Assembly (NCBI GenBank): GCA_039192395.1
Contig: JBCCXE010000008.1
Span: 8,689 to 72,688 of the forward strand
Source: Pseudomonadota bacterium
GTDB lineage: Bacteria > Pseudomonadota > Alphaproteobacteria > Caulobacterales > Parvularculaceae
DNA length: 64,000 bases
Direction of reading: 5' to 3'
The notes under the pieces are model-generated. The model was not told where the DNA came from. It worked only from the letters and a program-made list of their open reading frames with translations, and did no database searches. This document shows, in pieces, positions 26,481 through 37,594 of the stretch (positions within the stretch are counted from its first letter, which is position 1; each line of letters opens with the position of its first letter). Made by a program: the position numbers and the translations under genes.

Positions 26481-27394
26481 GATGCATCCACCACCAGCCA
26501 GGCGAAAAGCTCAGGAAACGAAACGCCGAGATGCGCCGCCTGTTCCGGCGCGAGCGATGTTGCGGTCAGGCCCGGCTGGGTGTTCACTTCAAGACAGAAA
26601 ACGCCGTCTGCGCCGGCTTTCTCATCATAACGAAAATCCGCACGCGAAAGGCCCTTGCAACCAAGCGCGCGATGGGCGCGAAGCGCAAGGTCGAGACATC
26701 GCTCAGTGATCTCGTCCGGCACGTCGGCCGGCAACACATGGGTCGATCCACCGGCGGCGTATTTCGCTTCGTAATCGTAAAATGCGAGCGCCGTTGTGAT
26801 TTCAGTGACGCAGAGCGCCCGCTCGCCCATAACGGCGACGGTCAATTCGCGGCCGGGAATGAACTTTTCAACGAGGACGTCATCGCCCAGCGCCCACTCT
26901 GCGCTCGACAGCTGCGCCGGCGGGCGGTTGTCGCCCGCGCGCACGATAAAAACGCCTACGGACGAGCCCTGCGCGTTGGGTTTAACGACGTAGGGCGCTT
27001 CCATAACGTGCCCGCCGGCGGCGTCCGCACGGGAGACGATCTTGCCCGGCGGCGACGCAATGCCGGCTTCTTCGAACACGGCTTTCGCGCGCTGTTTGTC
27101 CATTGCAAGCGACGATGCCAGCACGCCGGAATGGGTGTATGGCAGGTCCATCACCTCAAGGAGCCCCTGGACGCAGCCATCCTCGCCCCATTGTCCGTGC
27201 AACGCATTAAAGACCGCATCGGGCGCGGCTTCGGAAAGGCGCGCCGCGAGATCGCGGTCCGCGTCGATTTCAAAAACCTCGTATCCGGCCTCGCGCAGGG
27301 CGAGCGCCGCCGCCGCGCCGGAATTCAGCGACACCTCGCGTTCCGGCGACCAGCCGCCTTTTAAAACGACAATGCGATTGTACTTCCTCGTCAT
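26468..27394 (-). CDS. ddl: D-alanine--D-alanine ligase
   Basis: [39 protein letters not shown]. Confidence 0.97.
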   Translation of the reverse strand: MTRKYNRIVVLKGGWSPEREVSLNSGAAAALALREAGYEVFEIDADRDLAARLSEAAPDAVFNALHGQWGEDGCVQGLLEVMDLPYTHSGVLASSLAMDKQRAKAVFEEAGIASPPGKIVSRADAAGGHVMEAPYVVKPNAQGSSVGVFIVRAGDNRPPAQLSSAEWALGDDVLVEKFIPGRELTVAVMGERALCVTEITTALAFYDYEAKYAAGGSTHVLPADVPDEITERCLDLALRAHRALGCKGLSRADFRYDEKAGADGVFCLEVNTQPGLTATSLAPEQAAHLGVSFPELFAWLVVDASCRR

Positions 27395-28320
27395 GAGCCC
27401 GGCGCCGCCTCGCCTATCCGCTTAATCTCCCACCGTAACTCAACGCCGGTTTTCGTTAACACATCCTTACGAAGGCTTTCGATGAGGCTCTCAAGGTCCG
27501 CTGCGCTCGCGGCGCCGCGGTTGATCATGAAGTTGCAATGCTGTTCGGAGACCGCCGCATCGCCCACAACACGGCCCCGCCCGCCCACTTCGTCGATGAG
27601 CTGCCACGACTTGCGCCCGCCCGATTGCGCAGGATCGGGATTGGCGAAGGTAGAGCCGCCGGTGCGCTCGCGGATCGGCTGCGTCGCTTCGCGCTTTTCC
27701 ATGATGTCTTTCATGCGCACTTCTATCGCTGCGGGATCGCCCGCAACGCCCTCAAAGACAGCGCGGGTAAAGATGACACCCTCGGCTGCCGCTGCATGCC
27801 GGTAGGAAAAACCCATCTCGTCACGGGAAAACACGCGCGCCGCACCAGACCAGTCAACGCCATGGGCCTCGACGAGCACGTCTTTGGTTTCGCCGCCATA
27901 GGCGCCGGCGTTCATGGTGAGCGCGCCGCCAATGGTTCCCGGCACGCCGCGGAAGAATTCTAGCCCTGCAACCCCCGCCGCGGCGGCGCGCTTCGCAACG
28001 GTTGCGTCGAGCGCGGCCGCGCCGGCCGTTACGCGCACGTCATCCACTTCAATCTTGCCGAACGGCGCGCCAAGACGAATGACAACGCCGCGCACGCCGC
28101 CATCGCGCACGAGCAGGTTCGACCCGACGCCCACGGGCGTCACCGGAATATCCGGGTCCAGATCTTTTAAAAACGCCGAGAGGTCTTCTTCATCGGCCGG
28201 CTGGAAGAGGATGTCCGCCGGTCCGCCGACCCGGAACCATGTGAGCGCGGAAAGATCGGCGCACTCGATCATTTTACCGCGCACGGACGGCATGTCGCTG
28301 CGGGTCAGGCGCGCGCTCAT
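27391..28320 (-). CDS. murB: UDP-N-acetylmuramate dehydrogenase
   Basis: [41 protein letters not shown]. Confidence 0.96.
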   Translation of the reverse strand: MSARLTRSDMPSVRGKMIECADLSALTWFRVGGPADILFQPADEEDLSAFLKDLDPDIPVTPVGVGSNLLVRDGGVRGVVIRLGAPFGKIEVDDVRVTAGAAALDATVAKRAAAAGVAGLEFFRGVPGTIGGALTMNAGAYGGETKDVLVEAHGVDWSGAARVFSRDEMGFSYRHAAAAEGVIFTRAVFEGVAGDPAAIEVRMKDIMEKREATQPIRERTGGSTFANPDPAQSGGRKSWQLIDEVGGRGRVVGDAAVSEQHCNFMINRGAASAADLESLIESLRKDVLTKTGVELRWEIKRIGEAAPGS

Positions 28321-29777
28321 GCGGCCCCTCCCTTTTCGCGCAACACTTTCAGCACCGCCGGCAAGTCATTGGCGTAACGCGTGATATCGCCAGCGCCGAG
28401 ACACACCACATAATCGCCGGGCGCGGCGACATCGTCGATTTCGCGCGGCAGGTCGTCGAAGGAAGAAAGCGCGCGCGCATCGCGATGACCGTGGCCAGCG
28501 AGCCCGGCCACCAGCGCGTCGCGGTCCGCGCCTTCAATATGCGCTTCACCAGCGGTGAAAACATCCGTCACGAAAACTGTGTCGGCTTCATTGAGGCAGG
28601 CGCAAAACTCATCGAACAGATCGCGCAGGCGCGTATAACGATGCGGCTGCACGACGGCGATCACCTTGCCGCTCGCCACCTTGCGCGCAGCGCGCAGGAC
28701 CGCGGCAATCTCCACCGGGTGGTGGCCGTAATCATCAATGATCGTGACGCCATCGACGACGCCCGCCGTCGTGAAGCGGCGCTTGACGCCTTTGAAAGAA
28801 CGCAAGCCATTGGCGATGGCTTCATCGCTGGCGCCAAGGCGTTTGGCGACAATCACTGCCGGCAGCGAGTTCAAAATATTGTGGACGCCGGGCATGGGCA
28901 GCGTGACGCCATCGATCCGCGAAATCTCCTGCCCGCGCTCGCGGAAAACAATGTCGTAGTGAGAGGCGCCGGCGTCGAAGCTCATATTCTCCGCGCGCAC
29001 ATCGGCCTGCGGGTTCGACCCATACGTAATGAGACGCCGGTCCGTCACCCGGCCGACAAGCGCCTGTACTTCCGGATGGTCAAGACAGACAACGCCATAG
29101 CCGAAAAACGGCGTGTTCTCGATAAAGGTGTCGAACGCGTCGCGCAGGTTCTCAAACCCGGACCAGTGATCGAGATGCTCCGGATCGATATTCGTCACAA
29201 CCGCGATGGTCGTCGGTAGACGGATGAACGTGCCGTCGCTTTCGTCGGCCTCAACCACCATCCAGTCGCCCTCGCCGAGACGCGCGTTGGCGCCATAGGC
29301 GTTGATAACGCCGCCATTGATGACGGTCGGATCGAGGCCCGCCTCATCGAGGAGCGCCGCGACCATGCTCGTCGTCGTCGTTTTACCGTGTGTGCCGGCG
29401 ACGGAGACGGTCCATTTAAGGCGCATCAATTCGGCGAGCATGTCGGCGCGGCGCACCACGGGAATATGCTTGGCGCGCGCCGCGGCGACTTCCGGATTGT
29501 CGCGCCGGATCGCGGTCGAGACGACGACAGCCTCGGCGCCATCGACATTTTTCGGATCGTGTCCGATGACGATGGGAACGCCTTTCTCGCGCAGGCGTTT
29601 GACATTGGCGCCGTCGGCCACATCCGAGCCGCGCACCTGATAGCCGAGATTGTGCATCACTTCCGCGATGCCGCTCATGCCGATGCCGCCGATGCCGACA
29701 AAATGCACAACGCCAACGCCGAACGGCAGTTGCACGCCCATTTTCTTCGGTCCGCTCGGCAGGGTCGGGTCGCTCAT
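28317..29777 (-). CDS. murC: UDP-N-acetylmuramate--L-alanine ligase
   Basis: [41 protein letters not shown]. Confidence 0.97.
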   Translation of the reverse strand: MSDPTLPSGPKKMGVQLPFGVGVVHFVGIGGIGMSGIAEVMHNLGYQVRGSDVADGANVKRLREKGVPIVIGHDPKNVDGAEAVVVSTAIRRDNPEVAAARAKHIPVVRRADMLAELMRLKWTVSVAGTHGKTTTTSMVAALLDEAGLDPTVINGGVINAYGANARLGEGDWMVVEADESDGTFIRLPTTIAVVTNIDPEHLDHWSGFENLRDAFDTFIENTPFFGYGVVCLDHPEVQALVGRVTDRRLITYGSNPQADVRAENMSFDAGASHYDIVFRERGQEISRIDGVTLPMPGVHNILNSLPAVIVAKRLGASDEAIANGLRSFKGVKRRFTTAGVVDGVTIIDDYGHHPVEIAAVLRAARKVASGKVIAVVQPHRYTRLRDLFDEFCACLNEADTVFVTDVFTAGEAHIEGADRDALVAGLAGHGHRDARALSSFDDLPREIDDVAAPGDYVVCLGAGDITRYANDLPAVLKVLREKGGAA

Positions 29778-29792
29778 AACAACATCTACTCT

Positions 29793-30926
29793 TTACGCAG
29801 CCGCCGGAAATGCGGCTTCTTCCACTAAGTCTGCAAGGCTTGTCGCCGCGTTTGTTTTTACACGATCTTTCGCCGCCGCCGCCATCTCTTCAAGACGCGC
29901 CGGCGCTTCAAGCAGCGGCTGCAGAATATCGATCAGGGCTTTTTCCGTAAACGCATCTTCCGGCGCAATGATGGCGCCGCCATGACTGCTTAGCGCCTTT
30001 GCGTTGCCCGTTTGATGGTCGTCCATGGCGATGGCGAGCGGCGCGAGGACCGACGGGCGCCCGATGATCGCAAGCTCCGTCACGGTCGAGGCGCCCGCCC
30101 GCGAGATCACCAGATGCGCCTCGGCGATATGCTGAGGCAAATCATCAAAAAAGGCTGCAATATCAGCGTGAACGCCCGCTTTCTCATAGATCGCCTTAAC
30201 CGTATCGGCGCCCTCATCGCGGGCCTGATGGGTGACCCGCAGGCGCCGGCGCAGCGCTTCCGGCAGGCCGGCGATGGCGCGCGCGGGTGTTTCGGTTAAA
30301 ATCGAGGCGCCCTGCGAACCGCCGAAAATAAGAAGGCGAATTTCGCCATCAGGCGCGATCGCCGCGTAGGGCGCAGCCGCCGCCTTCAGAACCGCATCGC
30401 GCACGGGATTGCCCACCTCAATGCCCTGAACGCCGGCGGGCGCTTTATCGAGTTGTGGGAACGCATGCGCCATGAACGCCGCTTCTTTTACCAGGAGACG
30501 ATTGGCGCGGCCGAGCACGCCGTTTTGTTCATGCACGCCATAGGGAATTTTCATAAGCGCCGCGCCCTTCATGGCCGGCAGGGACGGGTAACCGCCGAAC
30601 CCCACGGCGACAGCCGGGCGGTCCTTGCGGAACCGGATCATGGAGGTGATCAGCCCGCCGGCGATGGAAAGCGCTGCGACGACTTTTGCGATCTGTCCTC
30701 TGACATTTGGCGTCGCCGCAGAAATTTCGAGAATTTCATCGGCGGGGAAGTTCGCCGCGTAGCGAAGGCCACGCTTGTCGGTAACGAGGAGAACACGCCA
30801 GCCGCGCCGTTTCATCTCCGCGCCAAGCGCTTCGGCGGGAAACATGTGCCCGCCCGTGCCGCCCGCCGCCAGCACGACAAGTTTGTCCTTGCCTTCACCG
30901 TCAGTGCCCGCGGCCGCGCCCGTCAT
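29793..30926 (-). CDS. murG: Lipid II GlcNAc transferase
   Basis: AGGTGGHMFPA, GFGGYPS, HEQN, GGSQGA, RAGAST; start at MTGAAAG overlapping the ftsW stop (ATGA). Confidence 0.96.
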   Translation of the reverse strand: MTGAAAGTDGEGKDKLVVLAAGGTGGHMFPAEALGAEMKRRGWRVLLVTDKRGLRYAANFPADEILEISAATPNVRGQIAKVVAALSIAGGLITSMIRFRKDRPAVAVGFGGYPSLPAMKGAALMKIPYGVHEQNGVLGRANRLLVKEAAFMAHAFPQLDKAPAGVQGIEVGNPVRDAVLKAAAAPYAAIAPDGEIRLLIFGGSQGASILTETPARAIAGLPEALRRRLRVTHQARDEGADTVKAIYEKAGVHADIAAFFDDLPQHIAEAHLVISRAGASTVTELAIIGRPSVLAPLAIAMDDHQTGNAKALSSHGGAIIAPEDAFTEKALIDILQPLLEAPARLEEMAAAAKDRVKTNAATSLADLVEEAAFPAAA

Positions 30927-32068
30927 GGCATAATTTCCTTGCGCCGGGAGACGCATGTCTGGCGGCGCGACAAGGCAAAGATCAGCCCGATGGTCAGCGC
31001 CGTCGCCAAAAGCGACGAACCGCCATAGGAAATCATCGGCAGCGTCATGCCTTTCGCCGGCAACGCACGCAAAGAAACACCGATATTGATCGCGGCCTGA
31101 AAACCGATCATGGCGGCGAGCCCCGAAACGGCGCATTGCGTGAAAACGCTCTTCATGGAAGCGGCGATCAACAGGCTGCGCGCCACAAAGAAGGCAAACA
31201 GCGCGATGATGATGGCGCAGAGGATAAACCCGAATTCCTCCCCGGCGACGGCGAAAATGAAATCCGTATGCGCATCGGGCAGCGTGTTCTTGACCGATGC
31301 GACGTCGCCATTGACGAGCCGCCCCGCAAAACCGCCATGGTGCAGCGTCTCAAGGGCGCGATCGACCTGATAGTTCGCACCCGCCGTGGGCGATAAGAAC
31401 CCATCGATGCGGCTCGCTACATGCGGCGACAGAAAATACGCGCCCGCCATGGCCGCGGCGCCAGCGGCGCCGAGCACCACAATCCAGAACCAGCTCCACC
31501 CGGCGATGAAAAACATCAGCGCCCAGACCGCCGTCACCAGCGCCCATTGACCGAAATCAGGCTGCAGCATCAACAACAGCGCGAAGCAGCCATAAAGCGC
31601 CATGGCGAGCGCGCCGCCGGGAAAGCGCGGGTCGCGCGCGCCTTCGGCCAGCATCCAGGCGGCGGCGATGACGAAGCCCGGCTTTGCAAATTCCGACGGT
31701 TGCAACAAAAACGCACCGAGATCGATCCAGCGCTTTGCGCCGTTGATGGCGGCACCGCTCAACAGAATGAACAGCATGAGGCATATGCCGCCGAGAAAGA
31801 TAAAGACGCCTGCGCGGCGCGCCTGCAAGGGCGACAGGAGCGAGACAAAAAACGCCAGCATCAGCGCCGGCCCTAAAAACATGAACTGGCGCAGCGTAAA
31901 GTGAAAATCATTGGCGATGCCGAGCCGGCTCGCGGCGGGCGGGCTCGCCGCAATGATCAGGAGGCAGCCAATTGTCAGTATAGCCGCTAATGCAGCGATG
32001 CTCGGGCGGTCGATGGAAAGCCACCAGCGCGCCATCAGGCGATCGTCAAGTCGGGAGATGCTTTTCAT
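30923..32068 (-). CDS. ftsW: SEDS peptidoglycan polymerase FtsW
   Basis: NGAKRWI, QPSEFAK, QPDFG, LPDAHTDFIF, PAKGMTLPMISYGGSS; start at MKSISRL. Confidence 0.96.
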   Translation of the reverse strand: MKSISRLDDRLMARWWLSIDRPSIAALAAILTIGCLLIIAASPPAASRLGIANDFHFTLRQFMFLGPALMLAFFVSLLSPLQARRAGVFIFLGGICLMLFILLSGAAINGAKRWIDLGAFLLQPSEFAKPGFVIAAAWMLAEGARDPRFPGGALAMALYGCFALLLMLQPDFGQWALVTAVWALMFFIAGWSWFWIVVLGAAGAAAMAGAYFLSPHVASRIDGFLSPTAGANYQVDRALETLHHGGFAGRLVNGDVASVKNTLPDAHTDFIFAVAGEEFGFILCAIIIALFAFFVARSLLIAASMKSVFTQCAVSGLAAMIGFQAAINIGVSLRALPAKGMTLPMISYGGSSLLATALTIGLIFALSRRQTCVSRRKEIMP

Positions 32069-33513
32069 GCCGCCTCGCCCCCGTTGCGTAAAGGCGCATC
32101 GCCGCCCGCCGTGGTATCGGTTTGCGCCGACACGCATGATCGGAACGCTTCGCCGCGGGCGACAAAACTCGCAAACTGATCATATGACGCGCAGGCCGGC
32201 GACAGAAGGACGACCGGCTCGGGCGCATCGCTCGCTTGCGCGTCCGCGCGGGCAGCCGATACCGCATCCTCAAGGCTATCGCACAAAACACAGTGAACCG
32301 CGCCACGCAGGGTTTCTTCAAAACTCGTCGCCGCCTCGCCGATGAGATAAGCGCGGCGCACCGCCCCCATATGGTCGCGCAACGGCGCCGCCCCTTCTTC
32401 CTTGGCGCGTCCGCCCGCAATCCAGAAAATGTCTTCATAAGCGCCGAGCGCCTTTGCCGCCGCGCCGGCGTTTGTCGCTTTTGAGTCGTTGACGAAACGC
32501 GTCTTACCGACAACGCCGACCGTCTCCATGCGATGGGCAAGCCCCTCAAAGCGTTCCATGGCGCTGACCGCTATGGCGGGTGCAACGCCGAGGGCGTGAC
32601 ACACTGCGAGCGCCGCAGCGGCGTTTTGATGGTTATGCGCGCCGCGCAGCGCATGGGCGCCATCGAGCGATCCAGCCGAGGTCGTCTTGCCGTCGAGATT
32701 ATAAAACAGATTGCCGTCGAGCGCGTAGACCCCGCGCCCGAGCGTCGATTGCGCCGAAATTGGCGCGACTGGGGCGACGTCCCTCGCAATCATCTGTGTG
32801 CAAACGGCCTCCGACGTGTCATCATCAACGCCGATCACCGCCATATCTTCTTTCGTCTGGTTTCTGAAAATCCGCCGTTTCGCGGCGACATAGCCGCCGA
32901 CCGTGCCGTGACGCTCGATATGGTCGGGGCTGAGATTGAGAAAAACGGCTGCGTTGGCGCGCAGCGAATAGGTGAGATCAAGCTGGAAGGACGAAAGCTC
33001 CAGCACATATGTCGCGTGTTTCGCTGGCGCGGGCAGCGACAACACAGGCTCGCCGATATTGCCGCCCACATGCACGGTCTCGCCGACGCTCTTCAGGATG
33101 TGCCCGATCAGCGCCGTCGTCGTTGACTTACCGTTGGTGCCGGTGATGGCGACGATGCGCGGACGCTCTTTTTCGGAAATCGCGTTGATGGCGCGGGCAA
33201 AAAGCTCGGTATCCCCGATCACGGGGATGTTTTCCGCCCGCGCTTTGCGCACAATGGCGTGGGGCTTTGGATGCGTGAGCGGCACGCCCGGACTGACGAC
33301 CACCGCTGCGAGCCTTTCCCATGGCCACTTCTTCGGGTGCTCGCTCAGATACTCCGTGTTACGGGTTTTCTTGCGCGCCTCGGTGTTTTCATCCCAGGAA
33401 TAGATTTCCGCGCCCGACGCAATGAGCGCCTCACAGGTTGCAAGCCCCGTTACGCCAAGACCAAAGACGCCGATCGCCGCGCCGTTCACGTCAGGAATTT
33501 CTATCATCGTCAC
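32065..33513 (-). CDS. murD: UDP-MurNAc-L-Ala--D-glutamate ligase
   Basis: SPGVP, TGTNGKSTT, ELSSFQL, NDSKATN, LSPACASYDQF. Confidence 0.97.
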   Translation of the reverse strand: MTMIEIPDVNGAAIGVFGLGVTGLATCEALIASGAEIYSWDENTEARKKTRNTEYLSEHPKKWPWERLAAVVVSPGVPLTHPKPHAIVRKARAENIPVIGDTELFARAINAISEKERPRIVAITGTNGKSTTTALIGHILKSVGETVHVGGNIGEPVLSLPAPAKHATYVLELSSFQLDLTYSLRANAAVFLNLSPDHIERHGTVGGYVAAKRRIFRNQTKEDMAVIGVDDDTSEAVCTQMIARDVAPVAPISAQSTLGRGVYALDGNLFYNLDGKTTSAGSLDGAHALRGAHNHQNAAAALAVCHALGVAPAIAVSAMERFEGLAHRMETVGVVGKTRFVNDSKATNAGAAAKALGAYEDIFWIAGGRAKEEGAAPLRDHMGAVRRAYLIGEAATSFEETLRGAVHCVLCDSLEDAVSAARADAQASDAPEPVVLLSPACASYDQFASFVARGEAFRSCVSAQTDTTAGGDAPLRNGGEAA

Positions 33514-33520
33514 GAGGGTC

Positions 33521-34654
33521 CTATCGTATCTTCAGCGTCGCAAGGCCGATAAGAGCAAGGATAACCGCAATGATCCAGAAACGGATCACGATGGTCGATT
33601 CCTTCCAGCCGAGCTGCTCGAAATGGTGGTGAATGGGCGCCATGCGAAAAACACGCTTGCCCGTCAGTTTGAAAGACGCGATCTGGATCATCACCGAGAG
33701 CCCTTCAAGCACGAAAAGACCGCCGACGATGGCGAGCACAATTTCATGCTTTGCGGCGACGGCGATGGCGCCGATGGCGCCGCCCAGCGCGAGCGAGCCC
33801 GTATCGCCCATGAAGATCGCGGCAGGCGGCGCATTGAACCACAAAAAGCCAAGTCCCGCGCCGATAATCGCGCCGCAGATAATCGCGAGTTCGCCAACGC
33901 CAGGCACATAAGGCACGCCGAGATAATCCGCATAGTCCGTATGGCCGACAAGATAGACGATCAGCATATACGTCGCCGCCGCGATCATCACCGGCACGGT
34001 CGCGAGACCGTCGAGACCGTCGGTGAGGTTCACGGTGTTGGACGCGCCGACGATCACGAACGCCGCAAAGGGCACAATGAAGATGCCGAGCGGCAGCCCC
34101 GGCGAGTTGAACCATGCTTCCAGGAAACGCACCGGCATGAAAGGCACGCCCACGGACGTCGCCATATTGGTCGGCGCATCGGGGTGCGCCGCAAGGGTCG
34201 TCATGCAGTAATAGCCGGCGACAAGCGCCACCGCGAACTGCACGCCGAGCTTCAGACTGCCGACAACGCCGGAGGCCGTTTGCTTGGTGACTTTGAGATA
34301 GTCGTCGATAAACCCGAGCGCGCCAAACGCGAGCGTCACCGCAATCACGATCCACACATACGGGTTGTCGAGGCGCGCCCACAACAATGTCGCAACGCAT
34401 AGGGAAAGAAGTATCAGAACGCCGCCCATGGTCGGCGTGCCGGCCTTTTCGATGATATGGCTCTGCGGTCCGTCATGGCGGATCGGCTGACCGCGCCCCT
34501 GCTTGCGGCGCATCCAGCGAATAAGAGCAGGACCGAGCAGGAACGAGATAATCAACGCCGTCATGATAGCGCCGCCCGTACGGAACGTCACATAACGGAA
34601 CACGTTGAAAAGCTGGAAGTCGTCCGCAAAGGGCGTCAGCAAATGATACAGCAT
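33521..34654 (-). CDS. mraY: Phospho-MurNAc-pentapeptide transferase
   Basis: [36 protein letters not shown]. Confidence 0.97.
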   Translation of the reverse strand: MLYHLLTPFADDFQLFNVFRYVTFRTGGAIMTALIISFLLGPALIRWMRRKQGRGQPIRHDGPQSHIIEKAGTPTMGGVLILLSLCVATLLWARLDNPYVWIVIAVTLAFGALGFIDDYLKVTKQTASGVVGSLKLGVQFAVALVAGYYCMTTLAAHPDAPTNMATSVGVPFMPVRFLEAWFNSPGLPLGIFIVPFAAFVIVGASNTVNLTDGLDGLATVPVMIAAATYMLIVYLVGHTDYADYLGVPYVPGVGELAIICGAIIGAGLGFLWFNAPPAAIFMGDTGSLALGGAIGAIAVAAKHEIVLAIVGGLFVLEGLSVMIQIASFKLTGKRVFRMAPIHHHFEQLGWKESTIVIRFWIIAVILALIGLATLKIR

Positions 34655-34664
34655 CGGATGGGGT

Positions 34665-36131
34665 TTACGTCCTCTTTTTTTCCGAGAGCGCCATCAACGC
34701 GTTTGCGATGACGCTGACTTTCGAGCCATTGGAGCCTTTGACCATGACGATATCGCCCGGTTTTAAGTCGTCTATGACGGCGTTTATGAGGCCGTCCGCG
34801 GACGATGCAAAGGCGCCGCGCATGTCTTTTGGGCAAGCTTCGTAGAGGCGCTCCATCAGGGCGCCGGTGGCGTAAAGCCGATCGACCTTCGCGGCCGTAA
34901 GCTCCTTTTCAAGCGCCACATGGAGCGCGGGGCCTTCCTCGCCAAGCTCCAACATCTCGCCGAGAACCGCGATCCGCCGTCCGCCGGGCGCAAGCGGGGC
35001 CGCGGCCAGAAGCTTTAAGGACGCCGCCATGGACAAGGGGTTGGCGTTGTAGCTTTCGTCGATGAGTTCCGCCGCGCCGCCGGGCAGATCGATTTTGACG
35101 CGCGCGCCGCGCCCCTGCACCGGTTTGATGTGCGCAAGGGCCTCGATTGCGGGGCCGAGCGCGCCGCCGACGGCATCGATAGCGGCGAGCCCCGCAAGGG
35201 CGTTTGTCGCCTGATGGCGCCCGGGCGCGCCGCAACGGACGGTCATCTCTTCACCCTTGATGCGCACATCGACTGTGGCGCCGTCGCCATCGGCGCGGTA
35301 GCCGGCCAACCGAAAGTCGGCGTCGTCGCTCTCGCCAAAGGTTGCAAAGCTCGCCGCGCCCGCCTCGCCGGCGCGTGTTTTCAAAAACTCGAAATACTCA
35401 CTGTCGCGCGGCAGAATGGCGACGCCGCCGGGCGCGAGGCCGGCAAAAATTTCCGCCTTCGCTTCCGCAATTTCCTCGACAGAGCGAAACGCCTCCAGAT
35501 GCGCCGCCGCAACCGCCGTGACAATAGCGGCGTGCGGACGCACCAGATGCGACAGGGGCGTGATTTCCCCGCCATGGTTCATGCCGATTTCGAAGACGGC
35601 GTAGTCAGCGTGCATGGGCAGGCGCGCAAGCGTGAGCGGCACGCCGAAATGATTGTTGAAACTCTTGTCGGCGGCGTGAACGGCGCCGGAGCCCGCAAGC
35701 ATGGCGCGCAGCATTTCCTTGGTGGATGTTTTGCCAACGGAACCAGTGACAGCGATGCGCTTGCCGAAATTACGCATCCGCGCTGCGAGCGCGAGATCGC
35801 GCAAGCCTTGCAACGTGTCCTGAACAACGAGCAGCGGCGCGCCGTCGGGCGCGTCGTCAGGCGCGCGCGCCACAAGCGCCGCCGCCGCGCCCGCATCGAA
35901 CGCTTTTTTTATGAACTCGTGCCCATCGCGGGCGTCACGCAAGGCGACAAAAATCTCACCGGGCCTGATTGAGCGCGTGTCGATGGAAACGCCTCTCGCG
36001 GCCCATTCTTCCGCCGCCCACGCGGCCTCGCCGCCGCCGCGCGCACAAAGCGCGCCGCCTGTCGCCGCCGCCGCTTCGTAAGCGGTCCACAACTGCGCCG
36101 CCGTGTTTTCTCCTCGCGCGTCTTCGCTCAT
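34665..36131 (-). CDS. murF: UDP-MurNAc-tripeptide--D-Ala-D-Ala ligase
   Basis: [42 protein letters not shown]. Confidence 0.96.
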   Translation of the reverse strand: MSEDARGENTAAQLWTAYEAAAATGGALCARGGGEAAWAAEEWAARGVSIDTRSIRPGEIFVALRDARDGHEFIKKAFDAGAAAALVARAPDDAPDGAPLLVVQDTLQGLRDLALAARMRNFGKRIAVTGSVGKTSTKEMLRAMLAGSGAVHAADKSFNNHFGVPLTLARLPMHADYAVFEIGMNHGGEITPLSHLVRPHAAIVTAVAAAHLEAFRSVEEIAEAKAEIFAGLAPGGVAILPRDSEYFEFLKTRAGEAGAASFATFGESDDADFRLAGYRADGDGATVDVRIKGEEMTVRCGAPGRHQATNALAGLAAIDAVGGALGPAIEALAHIKPVQGRGARVKIDLPGGAAELIDESYNANPLSMAASLKLLAAAPLAPGGRRIAVLGEMLELGEEGPALHVALEKELTAAKVDRLYATGALMERLYEACPKDMRGAFASSADGLINAVIDDLKPGDIVMVKGSNGSKVSVIANALMALSEKKRT

Positions 36132-36154
36132 CGCTTGTTCTCCCTTTTCCGTCT

Positions 36155-37594
36155 TCAGTCGCCGGCCGCGGCCGCCGCAGCGCGCGCCACCTCAGCGTCA
36201 TTGAACGGAAGTTTCGTCGACCCAACCATTTGCCCCGTTTCGTGCCCCTTCCCCGCTATGAGCAGTATATCCCCTTTGTTTAACATCGCAGCGCCCGCCG
36301 CAATCGCCGCTCCCCGGTCGCCGATTTCCTGCGCATCCGGCGCGCCTTTCATCACCGCTGCGCGGATTGCGGCCCGGTCTTCCGTTCGCGGATTATCGTC
36401 CGTGACGATCACAGCGTCCGCACCGGCAGCCGCCGCCGCGCCCATGAGCGGGCGTTTTTCCCGGTCTCGGTCGCCGCCGGCGCCGATGATCGCGATGAGA
36501 CGGCCCGCCAGATGCGGGCGAAGCGCCGCGAGCGCAGACGCGATCGCATCGGGCGTGTGCGCGTAGTCTACATAGATGGCGCCGCCGCGAAGGTCGGCGA
36601 CGCGTTCCATCCGGCCGGGCGCGGGACGAAGCTTTTCAAGTGCAGCGACGGCGTCCGCCGCGCCCTCGCCGCACGCAACAACAAGCCCCGCGGCGAGCAG
36701 CGCATTTTCCGCCTGGAATTCTCCGATCAATGGCAATGCAATGTCGAGCGTGCGACCGTCGCACACGACCTGGAGCGCCGTACCGGTTTCCGTCGGGCGC
36801 GCCGATGCAAGACGGATATCGCTGCCCTTCGCGCCGGTGGTCAGGCGGCGCAGCCCCCGCGCCATCACCCGCGACAGCATTTTCTCCGCGCCTTCCCCGT
36901 CCATATTGATGACAGCGCATCCGTCCTCTTCAAGAAGCGCCGTAAAAAGGCGCGCCTTTGCATTTTCGTAGGCGTCAAAGTCCTTATGGAAATCAAGATG
37001 ATCGCGCGTGATGTTGGCGAACGCCGCCGCCTTGAAGCGAACGCCGTCAGCGCGAAACTGCGCGAGGCCGTGGCTCGACACTTCCATGGCGAGCCGCGTG
37101 ACGCCGGCGTCGGACATGGCGCGAAGGGCCTTGTGGAGCGCCACTGGCTCCGGCGTTGTATATAAGTCCGGCGCGCCAAAATCCTCACCGCCGCGCCCGC
37201 GGGCGCCAAGGGTGCCAAGACTGGCGCTTGTGCGTCCGGCGAGTTCCCAAAGCTGCGCCGCAAAGAGCGCGGTCGATGTCTTGCCGTTGGTGCCGGTTAT
37301 GCCGGTGACGATCTCGGGCTGGCGCTCGTAAAACCGCGCCGCCATGGCCGCGAAGCGCCGGCGCGGCTCTGCATCGTGAATGACAGGCGCGCGCGCCGTG
37401 ACGCCGGGCGGCGCGAGGATTGCGCTTGCGCCCTTTTCCTCCGCCTGAGGAATAAACCGGGCGCCGTCATGAACCTCGCCCGGCAGCGCCGCAAAAAGAA
37501 AGTTCTTTCCAACCTCGCGGCTGTCCGCGGTGAGCCCGGCGATCATCGGATCGCGAGCGCACGCCTCGCCGGCAAGATCGGAAAGCCGCCTCAT
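36155..37594 (-). CDS. murE: UDP-MurNAc-dipeptide--meso-DAP ligase
   Basis: TGTNGKTS, MEVSSH, DHLDFH, DYAHTPD, DNPR (DAP specificity motif), AGKGHE. Confidence 0.96.
   Translation of the reverse strand: MRRLSDLAGEACARDPMIAGLTADSREVGKNFLFAALPGEVHDGARFIPQAEEKGASAILAPPGVTARAPVIHDAEPRRRFAAMAARFYERQPEIVTGITGTNGKTSTALFAAQLWELAGRTSASLGTLGARGRGGEDFGAPDLYTTPEPVALHKALRAMSDAGVTRLAMEVSSHGLAQFRADGVRFKAAAFANITRDHLDFHKDFDAYENAKARLFTALLEEDGCAVINMDGEGAEKMLSRVMARGLRRLTTGAKGSDIRLASARPTETGTALQVVCDGRTLDIALPLIGEFQAENALLAAGLVVACGEGAADAVAALEKLRPAPGRMERVADLRGGAIYVDYAHTPDAIASALAALRPHLAGRLIAIIGAGGDRDREKRPLMGAAAAAGADAVIVTDDNPRTEDRAAIRAAVMKGAPDAQEIGDRGAAIAAGAAMLNKGDILLIAGKGHETGQMVGSTKLPFNDAEVARAAAAAAGD

Noticed and set aside
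29793-32137. Apparent long overlaps of murG/ftsW/murD, and of bkdA2/bkdA1, in the ORF track
   Set aside because: Artefacts of choosing the most upstream start. Downstream ATGs give normal 4-bp overlaps or short gaps.
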